From positions 96,001-160,000 of IMG/VR virus record IMGVR_UViG_3300028048_000047: DNA of 64,000 nt, one strand, 5' to 3'. Source of the DNA: a virus (lineage: Duplodnaviria; Caudoviricetes). Under the pieces are notes generated by a model. It saw only the letters and a list, made by a program, of their open reading frames with translations. It did no database searches and was not told the origin of the DNA. Shown here piece by piece: positions 35,090 through 46,808 of the stretch (within the stretch, counting starts at the first letter, position 1; each line of letters begins with the position of its first letter). A program made the translations under genes and the position numbers.

Positions 35090-35411
35090 AAAAAGGAGGT
35101 TACAATGAAAATGAGTGGTAAGCGTACTGATGAGGTTAAAATGGAAATGATATTAGATTTATTAAAAAGAGTTGATAAACTTGAAAAAGAAATCTATAAT
35201 TCAAAAATAGAAGAGTTAGATTGGGCATTGAATCAATTTAGATATACTGGAAAAACATCTGACCAAAGGAAAGCATTTATGATTATTGAAAAGGAGTTAG
35301 GATTTAAAAAAACAAGTTTAAGACCGAAATCGTATAATAATTTCCAATGAAACCAAATTAATTTTTGGTGGAGGAAAAAATATCATAACAGAAATCCCTG
35401 TTGTAAAAAGC

Positions 35412-35523
35412 GAATTGCTCTGATGGATACTGGGGGAATATGAAATCGGAGCATTCTCCAATTCTCGAATTCGTGAGAAAAAAGGTGCTGTTCGGATAGT
35501 GTGAAATATGAAGAACAGCACCT
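35412..35523 (+). ncRNA. candidate structured element: two hairpins with different stems but conserved GGATA..AATATGAA loops
   Basis: Stems 35412-35424/35445-35456 and perfect 35483-35493/35513-35523; intergenic and GC-enriched. Confidence 0.5.
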
Positions 35524-36005
35524 ATATTATGGTGATTGATATGACTGAACAAAGATTTAAATTCATACACGATGAAAGCAACCACACAATTGGTTTTATT
35601 GATAATTTCACAGAAAGAACCTATACTAAATGGTATCAACTTCCACGATTACTCAATGGTTTAAATAATCATAAAAATGAATTAATTAAAGCAAATCAAT
35701 TCTTATTGGAAGAAATCACTCATTTAAAAGGTTATGAGTCCATAGAATTATTTTTAAAAGACAATCCATCTTTTGAAGATAAAATTTATAATGTTATGGA
35801 AGAATAAACCATTTCCATCATTTTAATGTATGTTCTGAACATTTTAAAATACTCAAAAAAGTATATAATGGTGGAAAAACATAAATAATACACACATAGA
35901 GGTGTTATAATTGTTTGAATTAGAAATTATGAAATGGATTTTTACTATTTGTATCTTCTTTGGTGTAGTATTACCTGCAATAATGGGAGTGGGGGGGGGA
36001 TTAAA

Positions 36006-36422
36006 ATGACTAAAAAACGATTTCTACAATCAAGACATTGGTGTATTGATAGAGTACAAAAAAGAGAAACAGAATACTGGGATACTGCAATAGACTGGTT
36101 AAACGAACTAAACGAAGAATGTGAAAGATTAAACATGATTCTTAATACAAAAGACAAAACCATTCAAAATCTCATAGAGTTATTAAATTTCATTAATAAA
36201 ACTATATTATCATCATATGATATATTAACTAAATGTGATATGAGATTTAATGAAAAAAATAACACATATGAATATTATATTTATTATGATGTGGATTTGA
36301 CTTTTCATCTACGAAATCAATTAAATTATGAAATTTTAGAAAAAATTTATAAATACTGTGAAAAAACAAATTGTACTGATTTTTTCAATAACATTTCTGT
36401 TTTCCTTGTTATTGAAACATGA
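36006..36422 (+). CDS. array-family protein (MTKKRF)
   Basis: WLNELNEE. Confidence 0.7.
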   Translation: MTKKRFLQSRHWCIDRVQKRETEYWDTAIDWLNELNEECERLNMILNTKDKTIQNLIELLNFINKTILSSYDILTKCDMRFNEKNNTYEYYIYYDVDLTFHLRNQLNYEILEKIYKYCEKTNCTDFFNNISVFLVIET

Positions 36423-36540
36423 ATGGGGAATGAGTTAATAATTGAAAAGTGTTTCCACCAATAATATACCATAGCTATTTCTTCGTATGTTTTGAATTAA
36501 TATGATTAAATGATTACTTGTGGAAATCAAATAATTAAAT

Positions 36541-36555
36541 CGAAACATTTATATA
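36541..36555 (+). promoter_or_regulatory. archaeal BRE-TATA promoter (CGAAA-CA-TTTATATA)
   Basis: Canonical motif in an intergenic gap. Confidence 0.72.
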
Positions 36556-36653
36556 TTTTTATTTATATATGTATTATTTGTAAAACTGGAACGAGATAAA
36601 AATTATGACATGGAAAAATCTTGTTCCAATATGAAATTTTGGGGGATAATAAA

Positions 36654-36875
36654 ATGACTGAGAATAATCGGTTTATAGAAACAATTTCAACAGGTATAGT
36701 AACAGATACTGTAACTGGAAAAGAATATAATTGTGAAATGAGAATTAATGATAATCTGTTAAATCTGATGAATAATATTGCCTTGGAGAATGAAGAGTTA
36801 AAAGAAGAAAATGAGAGATTAGAAAATAAACTATGGAATTGTCAAAATAGGAGGGAAAATAAAAATGATGTATGA
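36654..36875 (+). CDS. array-family protein (MTENNRF)
   Basis: VTDTVTG + ENEELK. Confidence 0.75.
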   Translation: MTENNRFIETISTGIVTDTVTGKEYNCEMRINDNLLNLMNNIALENEELKEENERLENKLWNCQNRRENKNDV

Positions 36876-37328
36876 TGATTGGAGTCCCCGAAATTTAAAC
36901 AAAGAAGAAATGTTCAGAGATTATGTTGGAAGATACACTTACAAAGATATTAATAAAGCATTAGATGATTTTGATGAAATCTATAATATCATCAATAAAA
37001 TAGGTAAAGCATTACAATGGTCTGATTTCAACAATATATCAAAAAGAAGCATTGAAGAAAGAGCATTGTATATTTATTATATGCTTTCAAAACAAAAATT
37101 ATTACCTTTAAATTATCCTTTTAAAGAGGGAGATAGATATTGTCAATTTTCACCAGTAAAACATGGGGATTAAAAACAATGACTGAAAAACAATTAGATG
37201 AATTATATAATATTATTGAGGAAGTATTATTAGAAAATAGAATTCCGAAAGAATTTAGAGATTTGATTATTCGTAGTATTATAGGTAGATGTAGTAGAGC
37301 AGGTTATATAAAAATGGAGTGATTTAGG

Positions 37329-37556
37329 ATGATTGAAAGAAATATTAAAAATAAAATTGATGAAAGTAAATTTAAAAAATTTAGGAAAATACCCGTTGAG
37401 ATAGAGGCATATCAAACTAATGAAGAAGTTTATATTGAAACACTTGAAGGTATAATGAAAGCCAACAAAGGTGATTGGATAATTAAAGGAGTTAAAGGGG
37501 AATTATATCCATGCAAACCTGATGTATTTAATATAACTTATGAAAAGGTGGAATGA
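37329..37556 (+). CDS. PGDYG-like conserved phage protein
   Basis: [38 protein letters not shown]. Confidence 0.7.
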   Translation: MIERNIKNKIDESKFKKFRKIPVEIEAYQTNEEVYIETLEGIMKANKGDWIIKGVKGELYPCKPDVFNITYEKVE

Positions 37557-37643
37557 GAATGACTTTTTGATTGTGAATATTCGTGGAATATTTATACTTC
37601 CCATTTTTTTCATGATTGAATTATTATTATGGTGATTTATGAA

Positions 37644-37928
37644 ATGACTGAAAAACGATTTGAATGGGATGATATCAATATTGCAATTATCGATACTCAA
37701 AATAGGAAAAAGTATTGGATTGATGTAACTTGCATTGATGAGATTGTTGATTTGTTGAATAGTCTTGATGAAAAATATGTTGATGAGTTTATTCTTTGTG
37801 AAACACTACAACATGAGTTACAAAGAGTTGAAAATGAGAATGAGAAGTTAAAACAACAAATTAATGAATTACAATTTAACAAAGCATTAGGACAACAAGA
37901 ATATCAAAAGAGGGTTTTTTATGACTGA
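37644..37928 (+). CDS. array-family protein (MTEKRF)
   Basis: IVDLLN + ENEKLK. Confidence 0.75.
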   Translation: MTEKRFEWDDINIAIIDTQNRKKYWIDVTCIDEIVDLLNSLDEKYVDEFILCETLQHELQRVENENEKLKQQINELQFNKALGQQEYQKRVFYD

Positions 37929-38259
37929 AAAGAAACTATTTACAAAGGGAAGTGAAATTCTAAAAAAAGAAGATAAATGTTGTATATGTAACAGTAAAAA
38001 CAATCTTGAACCACATCATATTTTACATACTACAAAATATGATGAACTACATGATAGTATTGATAATCTTGTTGTAATGTGTCATAATTGTCATCATAAT
38101 TATCATCAACAGTACAATCCAGAAATAACATTCAGAACATTATTAGAATTTCAAAAAAAGTATTGGAAAGAGTATTGTCCGAAATTAAGAACAAAAAATA
38201 AAAAATTACAAAAACAGAATACAGATTTACGAAAAATAATAAACAAAATGGGGGAATAA
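37921..38259 (+). CDS. HNH endonuclease with MTEKK head
   Basis: CCIC..LEPHHI..NLVVMCHNCH..YH. Confidence 0.8.
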   Translation: MTEKKLFTKGSEILKKEDKCCICNSKNNLEPHHILHTTKYDELHDSIDNLVVMCHNCHHNYHQQYNPEITFRTLLEFQKKYWKEYCPKLRTKNKKLQKQNTDLRKIINKMGE

Positions 38260-38403
38260 TTATGGAGGAGATTAGAGTTGAAAATTGTAATGGTTGTGTA
38301 ACCACACCTATATGTACATTTAACACAGGGGATAGTCTATTGGATAAGGAATTAAAGAAGGTAACTTTGGAATATTTGAAAACATATAATGGATGGTGGA
38401 TAA

Positions 38404-38586
38404 ATGGAGAATAAAAAAGTAAAAAAAACAAGAGTGAACTTTAATTTGGATGAAAATATCCATATGAGAGTTAAACACCTTGCAGTAGAGAATAGAACTA
38501 CGGCAACAAAACTTTATTCCAAATGGACGATAGAAGGATTAGAAAAAGAAGAAAAAAAACAGAAAAAAGGAATTAGTAACAGGTGA
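38404..38586 (+). CDS. ribbon-helix-helix-like regulator
   Basis: RVNFNLDENIH..VK.LAV...T: beta-alpha-alpha pattern. Confidence 0.6.
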   Translation: MENKKVKKTRVNFNLDENIHMRVKHLAVENRTTATKLYSKWTIEGLEKEEKKQKKGISNR

Positions 38587-40025
38587 TTTTGATATGGCTG
38601 AAAAATATAAAGTAACTGTTAATGATTTGTACATTGAATTAAAAAAACTTGTTGAGAATGGTGATGGTGATAAACCAGTTAAATTAAGTGTTAACTGGGA
38701 CGATTGTGAACATATGAAAAATTTAAGAGCATTTAGTGAAGATTATGGAAATTGGATTTTATTAATGGGGTATGATTAAAATGACTGAAAAGAAACGATT
38801 TATTGTTGATGATGGAACAGTATTGGATACAGTTACTGGTGAGAATTTTGATACAGTTGAAGAAGTTGTAACTACTTTGAATTACTACGAAGATAATTGT
38901 TTACGATATCAAAAAACAATTGCCGAACTAAAAAATGGTACTTATAAAGAAGAGTTACCTATAACTCAAAGGAAGTGAAAGAATGACTGAAAAACGATGG
39001 ATTATTGAAGATGATGAACTTTTACAAATAATTGATAGTAAAGGAGAATATGAAACAGTATGTGTATTATATTCAAAAGATGCACATCAAATAATGGATT
39101 TATTAAATCAAAAAGAAGAACGAATTGACTATTTAGAACATCAGTTACATAGTTTAAATGGATTATGGGCTTCTGATAAAGAAGATATGAGTTATCCATT
39201 TAGATTAGAATTTAAGGAGTTGTAAATGAATGACTGAAAAATTATCTTTTGTGTATTATGGGGATGATGAAGCATTAATTCTTGAAAATGGTAAGGATAT
39301 TGGTGTTGCAAGAGGGAAAAGATTATTACAAATCCTTGAATTAATTAATACTGCTTGTAGTAAATATGGTATTGATTTTGAGTGTTTAGAAGAATGTTTA
39401 GATGATTTTGATGAATTTTTAGAAGATGAATATAATAGTAGATTATATGGATACTCCAAAGATGAAGAAGTGGAGTGATTTAGAATGACTGAAAAACGGT
39501 TTAGTAAATTGGATGAAGATTTTTGTTTAGTTGATGGGAAAATTTTTGTTAAATTTGCAAGAATTTTTGAATTAATTGAAGATGCAGAATGTTTAGAAAG
39601 TTTAGAGGCAATATGTGGAGCAGATTTAGATTATATTGTTGCTACTTATCTTACACCTCAATAGGTGATTTAGAATGACTGAAAAATTTAAACCTCCTTT
39701 TGTAAGGGATAGGGCAGTTATTTTAGATGATATTGCTTATACAGAAAGTATATTGAAACGAAAACCGAATGATGAGAAATTAAAAAGGATTGTTAAAGAT
39801 TTAAACGATGAGTTAAGTTATACCAAACCTTCTTTAATCGAAAGGATATTTAAAAGGTGATTGAAATTATTGAAAAATTATTAGTGAAGATATTTAAACC
39901 AGTTATACTTATAAATGCTTTTGAAATCTTAACAGGGAAAAACGAGATGTCAGAAACACAAAAAAGAATAGCATATGCCACTACATATGGTTCTGACATG
40001 ATGGAATATAAAAGAGATGATTTAG

Positions 40026-40541
40026 ATGACTGAAAAACGATTTACATATATTAAAAATTCTTCAATTTCTCAATATCAATCAATCCCAATTCAAAAAATT
40101 GGCAAAGGAAAACCATTTCATTGTCAAGGAATTGTAGATGAATTAAATAAATTGTGGAATGAGAATGAAGAGTTAAAATCTGAAATTCAAAAACTCAAAA
40201 AAGAAAACAGATTACTTGAAATCGAAGATGAAAATTTTAAAGATTGTCTTATTGAATTTAATAAAACAAAACAAAACTTTAATGAGATTAAAGAACAATT
40301 TGTATATGATGTATATGATTTTATGGAGAATAAAGGAATTCTTGTGAGAGTATTGTTCTTTGGAGATACTTTTGGTTTGGATATAAAGAGAAACTGGGAT
40401 AATATGACGAATTCTCCAAGAAAAATTCCATTGAATGTTTTAACTGAATTCTGTAATACTTTCGGGTGTGAATTTGAATATACAAAATGTGGTGGAAGTA
40501 GATATATTTTTAGTTTTGATGGATTAAATATGGAGTATTAA
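40026..40541 (+). CDS. array-family protein (MTEKRF) with extra C-terminal domain
   Basis: C-term EFCNTFG resembles DFCNEFG in 19752..20051. Confidence 0.75.
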   Translation: MTEKRFTYIKNSSISQYQSIPIQKIGKGKPFHCQGIVDELNKLWNENEELKSEIQKLKKENRLLEIEDENFKDCLIEFNKTKQNFNEIKEQFVYDVYDFMENKGILVRVLFFGDTFGLDIKRNWDNMTNSPRKIPLNVLTEFCNTFGCEFEYTKCGGSRYIFSFDGLNMEY

Positions 40542-40543
40542 AA

Positions 40544-41005
40544 ATGACTGAAAAACGATTTGAGATTATGGATGGAATTGACAAAGACAGATATACTGGA
40601 ATTTGGGACGAACATGGGGAAAATGATGAATTATGTGTGAGTGAAATTGTTAATTTGTTAAATGTTTTTAATGATGAGAATAAACAGTTAAGATTAGAAT
40701 TGGATACTCATAAACACCCATTATGGAGTACAAGAGAAGCTGAAAAAATAATTAATGAACTTAAACAAGAAAATGAACAGTTAAAACGATTTTTTATTAT
40801 TCAACAAAATAATTTTACAAAAGAAGATGAATTGAAAATAACTGTAAGAGAAGAATTATATAATTTATGTAATAAAATCAATAACAAAATGAAAGAAGTA
40901 TATATAAAAACACCAAACACTTGTTATATTGACTATAAAAACCAATTATATGGATTACTAAAAAAAATGGACACTTCCATTGAAAGTTTTAAGAGGGATT
41001 ATTGA
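40544..41005 (+). CDS. array-family protein (MTEKRF)
   Basis: ELDTHKHPLWSTRE module shared with 52446. Confidence 0.75.
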   Translation: MTEKRFEIMDGIDKDRYTGIWDEHGENDELCVSEIVNLLNVFNDENKQLRLELDTHKHPLWSTREAEKIINELKQENEQLKRFFIIQQNNFTKEDELKITVREELYNLCNKINNKMKEVYIKTPNTCYIDYKNQLYGLLKKMDTSIESFKRDY

Positions 41006-41215
41006 AATGACTGAAAATAAACGATTTGAATGTTGTGGATTATGTTCTCATTTCAGTATAGGCAGATATGATAGTTCAAAAGGTTTATTTGACCATTATT
41101 GTGATGTTTTAAATAAAACTGTGAGCATAATTGGATATGCTTGTTCAAGTTTTCAAAGAAGAGTGGATAAAACAGAAGAAGCTCATTGGGAAATTACAGA
41201 AATGGAGTTGAGAGA

Positions 41216-41437
41216 ATGACTGATAATGATACTAAACAATTATTACACCATAGACATCATTTTAAAGAGGGTACAGTAGCAGGATACCATTTAATATTAT
41301 GCCCAAAATGTAATGAAGAGTTAATATATTCTCGTTATATTGGATTTGGTAATGGAGATGCATACCATGAATATGATTGTACAAATCCAAAATGTGATTT
41401 TGTAGGGAGAATTTTTAAAGAAAATATTTATGATTGA
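41216..41437 (+). CDS. Zn-ribbon protein, paralog of 55099..55290
   Basis: CPKC..NG..Y.E.DC..CDF.GR. Confidence 0.7.
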   Translation: MTDNDTKQLLHHRHHFKEGTVAGYHLILCPKCNEELIYSRYIGFGNGDAYHEYDCTNPKCDFVGRIFKENIYD

Positions 41438-42440
41438 ATTTAATAGGAAGTGAAAAAAATGTTGTTGTTAGATATTTATAAGATTTTACATAAAATAGAT
41501 GATATTACTTACACATTGGAGGATTTAGAATGATTGAAAAACGATTTACATTAGATTTTGATGACTCACGAACAGTATGGATTGATGATAATATTACTAA
41601 TAAAAATTATACTGTTATTAATGACACTCTTAAAAAAAAGAACATTCAGGAGATTGTAGATTGTTTGAATGAACTTCACGAAGAGAATGAGCAGTTAAAA
41701 CAACAAATAAATGATGGTTATTTTTAAGACATTTGATAAGGAAGTGGGAGAATGGGTTTGCTAATTATACACAATAAGGTAAATAATTTGAAATATGTTT
41801 GTGATGAAACAATATCCAAGACACTATATGATGAAGAGAGTAATACAATTATAATGTGTAAAAAAGATTGGGAAAAGTTTATAAGTGGGGAAAATGACTG
41901 AAAAACGATATGATAATGATGAAATATTTTACTGGGCAATTATGTTCTCCTTCGTTGCAATGATGTGGATTACAGTATTACTGGCTTGGGTGATTTAGAA
42001 TGACTGAAAAACGATATGGGTATATGAGTCATGAGGAACTTATTGCCGAAAATGAGAGAGTAATAAAACAGACAGAAATGTTAATTAAAATAATCTATAT
42101 TATGTTAGGACTTACAGTTGTTGCATATTTTGTTTTAATTTTATTGAAATTAGGAGTGATAAAATGAGTGGAATATATTCTGATTGGGCGAAATGTAGAT
42201 ATTGTATGTACGAAGCATTACTGGATAGAGCAGTATGTGTTTTAAATTATGAACCTTGCGAAAGAGAAAGTTGTGAGATGATTAAGAAATGACTGGGATT
42301 GATGATTTGATTATTTGTCCACGATGTTTAAAACCTATGGGTGATGATGTTACTGTTACAACTTGTCAATATTGTGGATATAAAGAATGTGATAACTTGA
42401 ATGATACAATTGAAAAAAAGGGAACTGGAAGTGAATTTGA

Positions 42441-42770
42441 ATGACTACGAATAACCGATTTCGTGTTGAAAAACAAATATTTGATGGGTATTGTATTGTT
42501 GATAATCATTTTGAAGGATACTATGCTTATGAGAAACAAGATTTAGAAAAACTCTGTGAAAACTTGAATGATTTAAATGATGAGAATGAGAAGTTAAAAC
42601 AATCATACATTCAATTAAAACATAGACATAGTTTATTGCATGATGAATGTTTAGATGCAGAATGTGAAAGAGATAGCTTGAAAAAAGATGTGGAATCATT
42701 AGAAAAAGAAAATGAGCGATTAAAACATCGAGTAGAATTTTTTAAAGCATTAGCAGAGGGGGTTGATTAA
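42441..42770 (+). CDS. array-family protein (MTTNNRF)
   Basis: LNDENEKLK. Confidence 0.75.
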   Translation: MTTNNRFRVEKQIFDGYCIVDNHFEGYYAYEKQDLEKLCENLNDLNDENEKLKQSYIQLKHRHSLLHDECLDAECERDSLKKDVESLEKENERLKHRVEFFKALAEGVD

Positions 42771-42828
42771 AATAACTAAAAAATGATATTTGCTTATAAA
42801 AATCATATAATAATGTGGGTGATGATAA

Positions 42829-42987
42829 TTGATTGTTTATTTAATTTATGAATTGCATAATGGTGTTGAACCAAGATTAAGAACTGGATATGTTAATAGG
42901 AGAACTGCTTACAAAAAAGTAGAAGAATGGAATAATAGAGAGAAAGTACATAATTATTATATTAAAGAATTTGAGGTGATAGAATGA
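42829..42987 (+). CDS. 52-aa paralog of 19100..19297 (not in ORF track)
   Basis: TTG start after GGTGA; stop overlaps the next ATG. Confidence 0.7.
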   Translation: MIVYLIYELHNGVEPRLRTGYVNRRTAYKKVEEWNNREKVHNYYIKEFEVIE

Positions 42988-43183
42988 CTGATAAGAATTT
43001 GATAGATTTGAATTATGATGAATTGCAATGTTTAAAATCTGCAATTCATCAAATGCACAAAGGAGCAATTAGGGATTTAGATAAAGAGAGCAGATTAAGG
43101 ATTTGTAAAAGAGGATTTGAATTTATTAACGAAAAAACTGGAAAAACATTTCAAGTGACATTAGAGATAAAGGAGTTAAAAGA

Positions 43184-43489
43184 ATGATTGAAAAACGATT
43201 TACAATTAAATCACAAGATGATTTGTTTGGAGTAGTGGATAATTATTCTCCCGATAAAATATGTGTTGTTAATGGTATTCGTACTGAAATCGAAACAAAG
43301 TGGTTATGTAATGTGTTGAATGATTTAAATGATGAAAATGAACAGTTAAAAGAAGATGCTAAACAAGTGTTATTTGTATTGGCTTGTTGTGATAAAGATT
43401 TTGGATTAAGTATTAATGAAGCGAAAGCAATTAAAAGATTAAATGAATGTGTTGATGGATGTTATAATACAGAGGGATTATTGAAATGA
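43184..43489 (+). CDS. array-family protein (MIEKRF)
   Basis: LNDENEQLK. Confidence 0.75.
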   Translation: MIEKRFTIKSQDDLFGVVDNYSPDKICVVNGIRTEIETKWLCNVLNDLNDENEQLKEDAKQVLFVLACCDKDFGLSINEAKAIKRLNECVDGCYNTEGLLK

Positions 43490-43902
43490 CTGAAAAAAGA
43501 TTTATTGTTGATAAAAGTGGAGATTTTACAGATACCAAAACTGGTAATTGTATAGTTGATTTTGGTTATTCTTTTAATGGAATGGACTGCAAATTGATTT
43601 TAGATTTGTTGAATAGTTTAAATGATGAGAATGAACAGTTGAAAAAAGAAAACAAAAAACTTCAAGATGAATATGATTTGTGGATATATAATAGTGTAGG
43701 TTGTGAATATGATTCCTTAAAAGAAGAGAATGAGCAGTTAAAACAATTCAAAGATAAAACATTTGATTTATTCGATAAAGAAATTATTCGATATGAAGAA
43801 GTGATTGAAGTATTGGGAAAACAAGTTTCAGATGGAGGAGCAATGAGATTTTACACAAAAATGCTAAAAATATTACGAAAGGAGTTACAAATGAATGACT
43901 GA
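43486..43902 (+). CDS. chimeric array-family protein (head like 27733, tail like 23910)
   Basis: Direct alignment. Confidence 0.8.
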   Translation: MTEKRFIVDKSGDFTDTKTGNCIVDFGYSFNGMDCKLILDLLNSLNDENEQLKKENKKLQDEYDLWIYNSVGCEYDSLKEENEQLKQFKDKTFDLFDKEIIRYEEVIEVLGKQVSDGGAMRFYTKMLKILRKELQMND

Positions 43903-44335
43903 AAAATGTTGTCCTGATTGTGAGTATATTAAAGTAATTATAAGTCAAATGGGGAATTATTACTGTCCTAAAAAAGAAGTATATATTGATTATGAGTTTT
44001 ATTGTGATTGTGATGATTTTAAAAGAGGTAATGAAACATTATGGGAAAAAGAAAAGAAAGTGTGGTGAGGGTCATACTGAATATGAAGTAGGCGAAAGGG
44101 GTTTTTGAATGACTGAAAAAAGATTTGAATGTGATAAAGGAAGTCGGATAATAATTGATAATGAAACAAAATTACATTATATTATGACTTTGGATTGGGA
44201 ATGCAGTTTAGTCACAAAACTATTGAACCATTTTGCAGAAGAGAATGAACAGTTAAAAAAAGAAAAGGACTATTATAAAAGAGAATTACAGAAAGAATTA
44301 GTATGTCAAGCAATCATTAATGGGAGGAGAAAAGA

Positions 44336-44842
44336 ATGACTGAAAAGAAATATACAAATCAAGACATATGGAATATGGGAGCAGAAAATACTGCAAAACT
44401 ACTAAACAAACTAACAAAAGAAAATCAAAAACTAAAAGATAATACAAACCAACAGTTACTGGACTTCCTATGGTATACTCCAACATTCATTCCTCCAACA
44501 CCAATAGGATTACCATATGATAATATTTATCATAGAACTTCAAAACAGTTGGAAAACCATTTAAAAGACAATGGTTTTCCTGTAGATACTGTTTCAAGGT
44601 CAAGTGTAGGTGATTTAAGTTTTTATCATGTTGAATTTAATTTATCTGATGATGAATGGGAATATGAGAAAACAAATGATTTAAAAATAAGGAAATTATT
44701 AGGAATTAGAAATGTAGGGCTTGTTGATTTTCATAAGCAAAATGGAATGGTACATGAAGTTATACTTGTTAGTGAAAAAGAATTGAATGATAAATATTTG
44801 AAAGATGGGAATTTAGTGTTTAATAATGGTGATTTTGAATGA
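44336..44842 (+). CDS. array-family protein (MTEKK) with extra domain
   Basis: LLNKLTKENQKLK. Confidence 0.7.
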   Translation: MTEKKYTNQDIWNMGAENTAKLLNKLTKENQKLKDNTNQQLLDFLWYTPTFIPPTPIGLPYDNIYHRTSKQLENHLKDNGFPVDTVSRSSVGDLSFYHVEFNLSDDEWEYEKTNDLKIRKLLGIRNVGLVDFHKQNGMVHEVILVSEKELNDKYLKDGNLVFNNGDFE

Positions 44843-45201
44843 CTGAAAAAAGATTGGGATGGTACGGTGGGAAAAATGAATAGTTTTGAACAAACGAAAA
44901 GGGTAAAAGAGAATTATGATATTGAAAATAAATATCATAAAACGAATAGTAAATTTTTTTCATTAAGTGATTTGAAGTTGTGTGATTGTTTTGATGGGAT
45001 ACGAATTCAATTGGATGATAAAATGATTGAAGGACAGATGTATGAGATATGTAGGATAACTAATGATGAAATTGTTTTAAACCGAGAAGTTTATCCATCA
45101 CTTATTCTTAATCATGAGAGATATCAGAAAATTATTATCCCATTTGATAGTATTAAAACAATTACTTTTGATTATCATAGGGAAAAGGTAAATGATGAAT
45201 T

Positions 45202-45456
45202 ATGACTGAAAATAAACGATTTACTGTTAAACAAAGACAAGGTACAACAATTTACAGTATTATAGATTATTATGGAGAATTACCTTTAAGCGAAGGAATG
45301 TACTATAAGAACAATGCAGAAAAGTTATGCAGATGGTTGAATACTCAACATGAATCACTAAATGCTTTTTGTAAAGAGAATGAGCAGTTAAAATCTGAAA
45401 TAAAAGATTTAAACGATATAGTTACAAGGTATGAAGAAAAGGAGTTAGAAGAATGA
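45202..45456 (+). CDS. chimeric array-family protein (head like 60078, tail like 28722)
   Basis: Direct alignment. Confidence 0.8.
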   Translation: MTENKRFTVKQRQGTTIYSIIDYYGELPLSEGMYYKNNAEKLCRWLNTQHESLNAFCKENEQLKSEIKDLNDIVTRYEEKELEE

Positions 45457-46316
45457 CTGAAAAACTACATTGTGGTCAATGTAAACATTTTTATCATTTT
45501 TATTGTTCGTTAAGGAACATTCAAGTGAGTTATAGTGATAAAACTTGCCCACAATTCAAAGAGAAGTGGTATAATGACTGAAAAACTACCTGTTTGGAAA
45601 GGGAATATCTTGTATGTATGGTCAGAACATTATAATTCATATGTTGCAAATTATTCTATACCAATCCATCAAATTCTATGCTTTGGAAAAAGTGTTGAAG
45701 AATGGAAGAAAATGTTCTGTCTTGATAAATATAAGGTGATAGAATGACTGAAAAACAATACAGATTAAATAAATGGGGTACAAGGTTATTAAAAAATAAT
45801 AGACCATTATTTGATTGGACTAATGAATCCGATGAGATTGTGGATATGTTGAATGAGTTAAACGATAAGAATGAGCAGTTAAAACAACGAATTAAAAGTA
45901 GATTACATTATTATCGTGAATTATGTAATGAATTTGATAAAGATGATGGATTTACTTATAATATCGTTAAAAGAATTGTTGAAGATTTGGAAGATATTTT
46001 AAAGTGATAAAATGGCTGAAAAAAGATTTACATTTACACAAGACACATTAGTAAAAGCAGATGTATTTGATGGGAGCGAATTTGTTTGTTGTACTTTATC
46101 TGTATGGGTAGAACAATTAGTTGATTTATTAAATCAATTAAATGATGAGAATGAGCAGTTGAAAAAATCTGTAAAAAGACAACAAAGTAGCAATAATGAA
46201 TGTGCAAAATTAATAAAAGAACAACAAAAAGAAAATGAACAATTAAAACAACTTATTACAGAGTTACAAAATGAATTAAACAATTGTGAAGAAGATTATA
46301 TTTTAGAGGAATACCT

Positions 46317-46538
46317 ATGACTGAAAATAAACGATTTAAAAAAGGAGATTTTGTAGAAGATTGTCCGAGATTTATTCCTTTTGAAAGAGATGAGAATTAT
46401 ACTTTATTTGATATTGTTGATACTGAAAAATTAGATTATGTTGGTTTTATTAACCTATATACAAGCATAAATGATTGTAATAGAGATTACAACATAATGA
46501 ATGTTATAGATTATCTTTTAAAGGAGTTGAAAGAATGA
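46317..46538 (+). CDS. MTENKRF-headed paralog of 31769
   Basis: Direct alignment. Confidence 0.75.
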   Translation: MTENKRFKKGDFVEDCPRFIPFERDENYTLFDIVDTEKLDYVGFINLYTSINDCNRDYNIMNVIDYLLKELKE

Positions 46539-46808
46539 CTTGTTTATATAGAAGATATAATTTATTTACTTTATTGTGGTGATTTGTAAATGGTTGATTG
46601 TCTTAATTGTAGATATATGGAAGTTCATCAAACAATACAGAAAAGTGGAAGACATAAAATTTATGGGAGGAAAAAATTTTTATGCACTAATGATAAAAGC
46701 AAATATGTAATGTTGTTTCGTGAAGATGGAGATATTTGTGATGAATGGGAGCATAAAAACTTTTTAATAAGATTTTTAGATAAGCATTTTGGAGAAAGGT
46801 GATGTGTA

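Noticed and set aside
35412-35523. tRNA, SECIS or C/D-box identity for the twin hairpins
   Set aside because: No cloverleaf or TTC T-loop; GAA lies on the wrong side for an archaeal SECIS; no canonical C and D boxes
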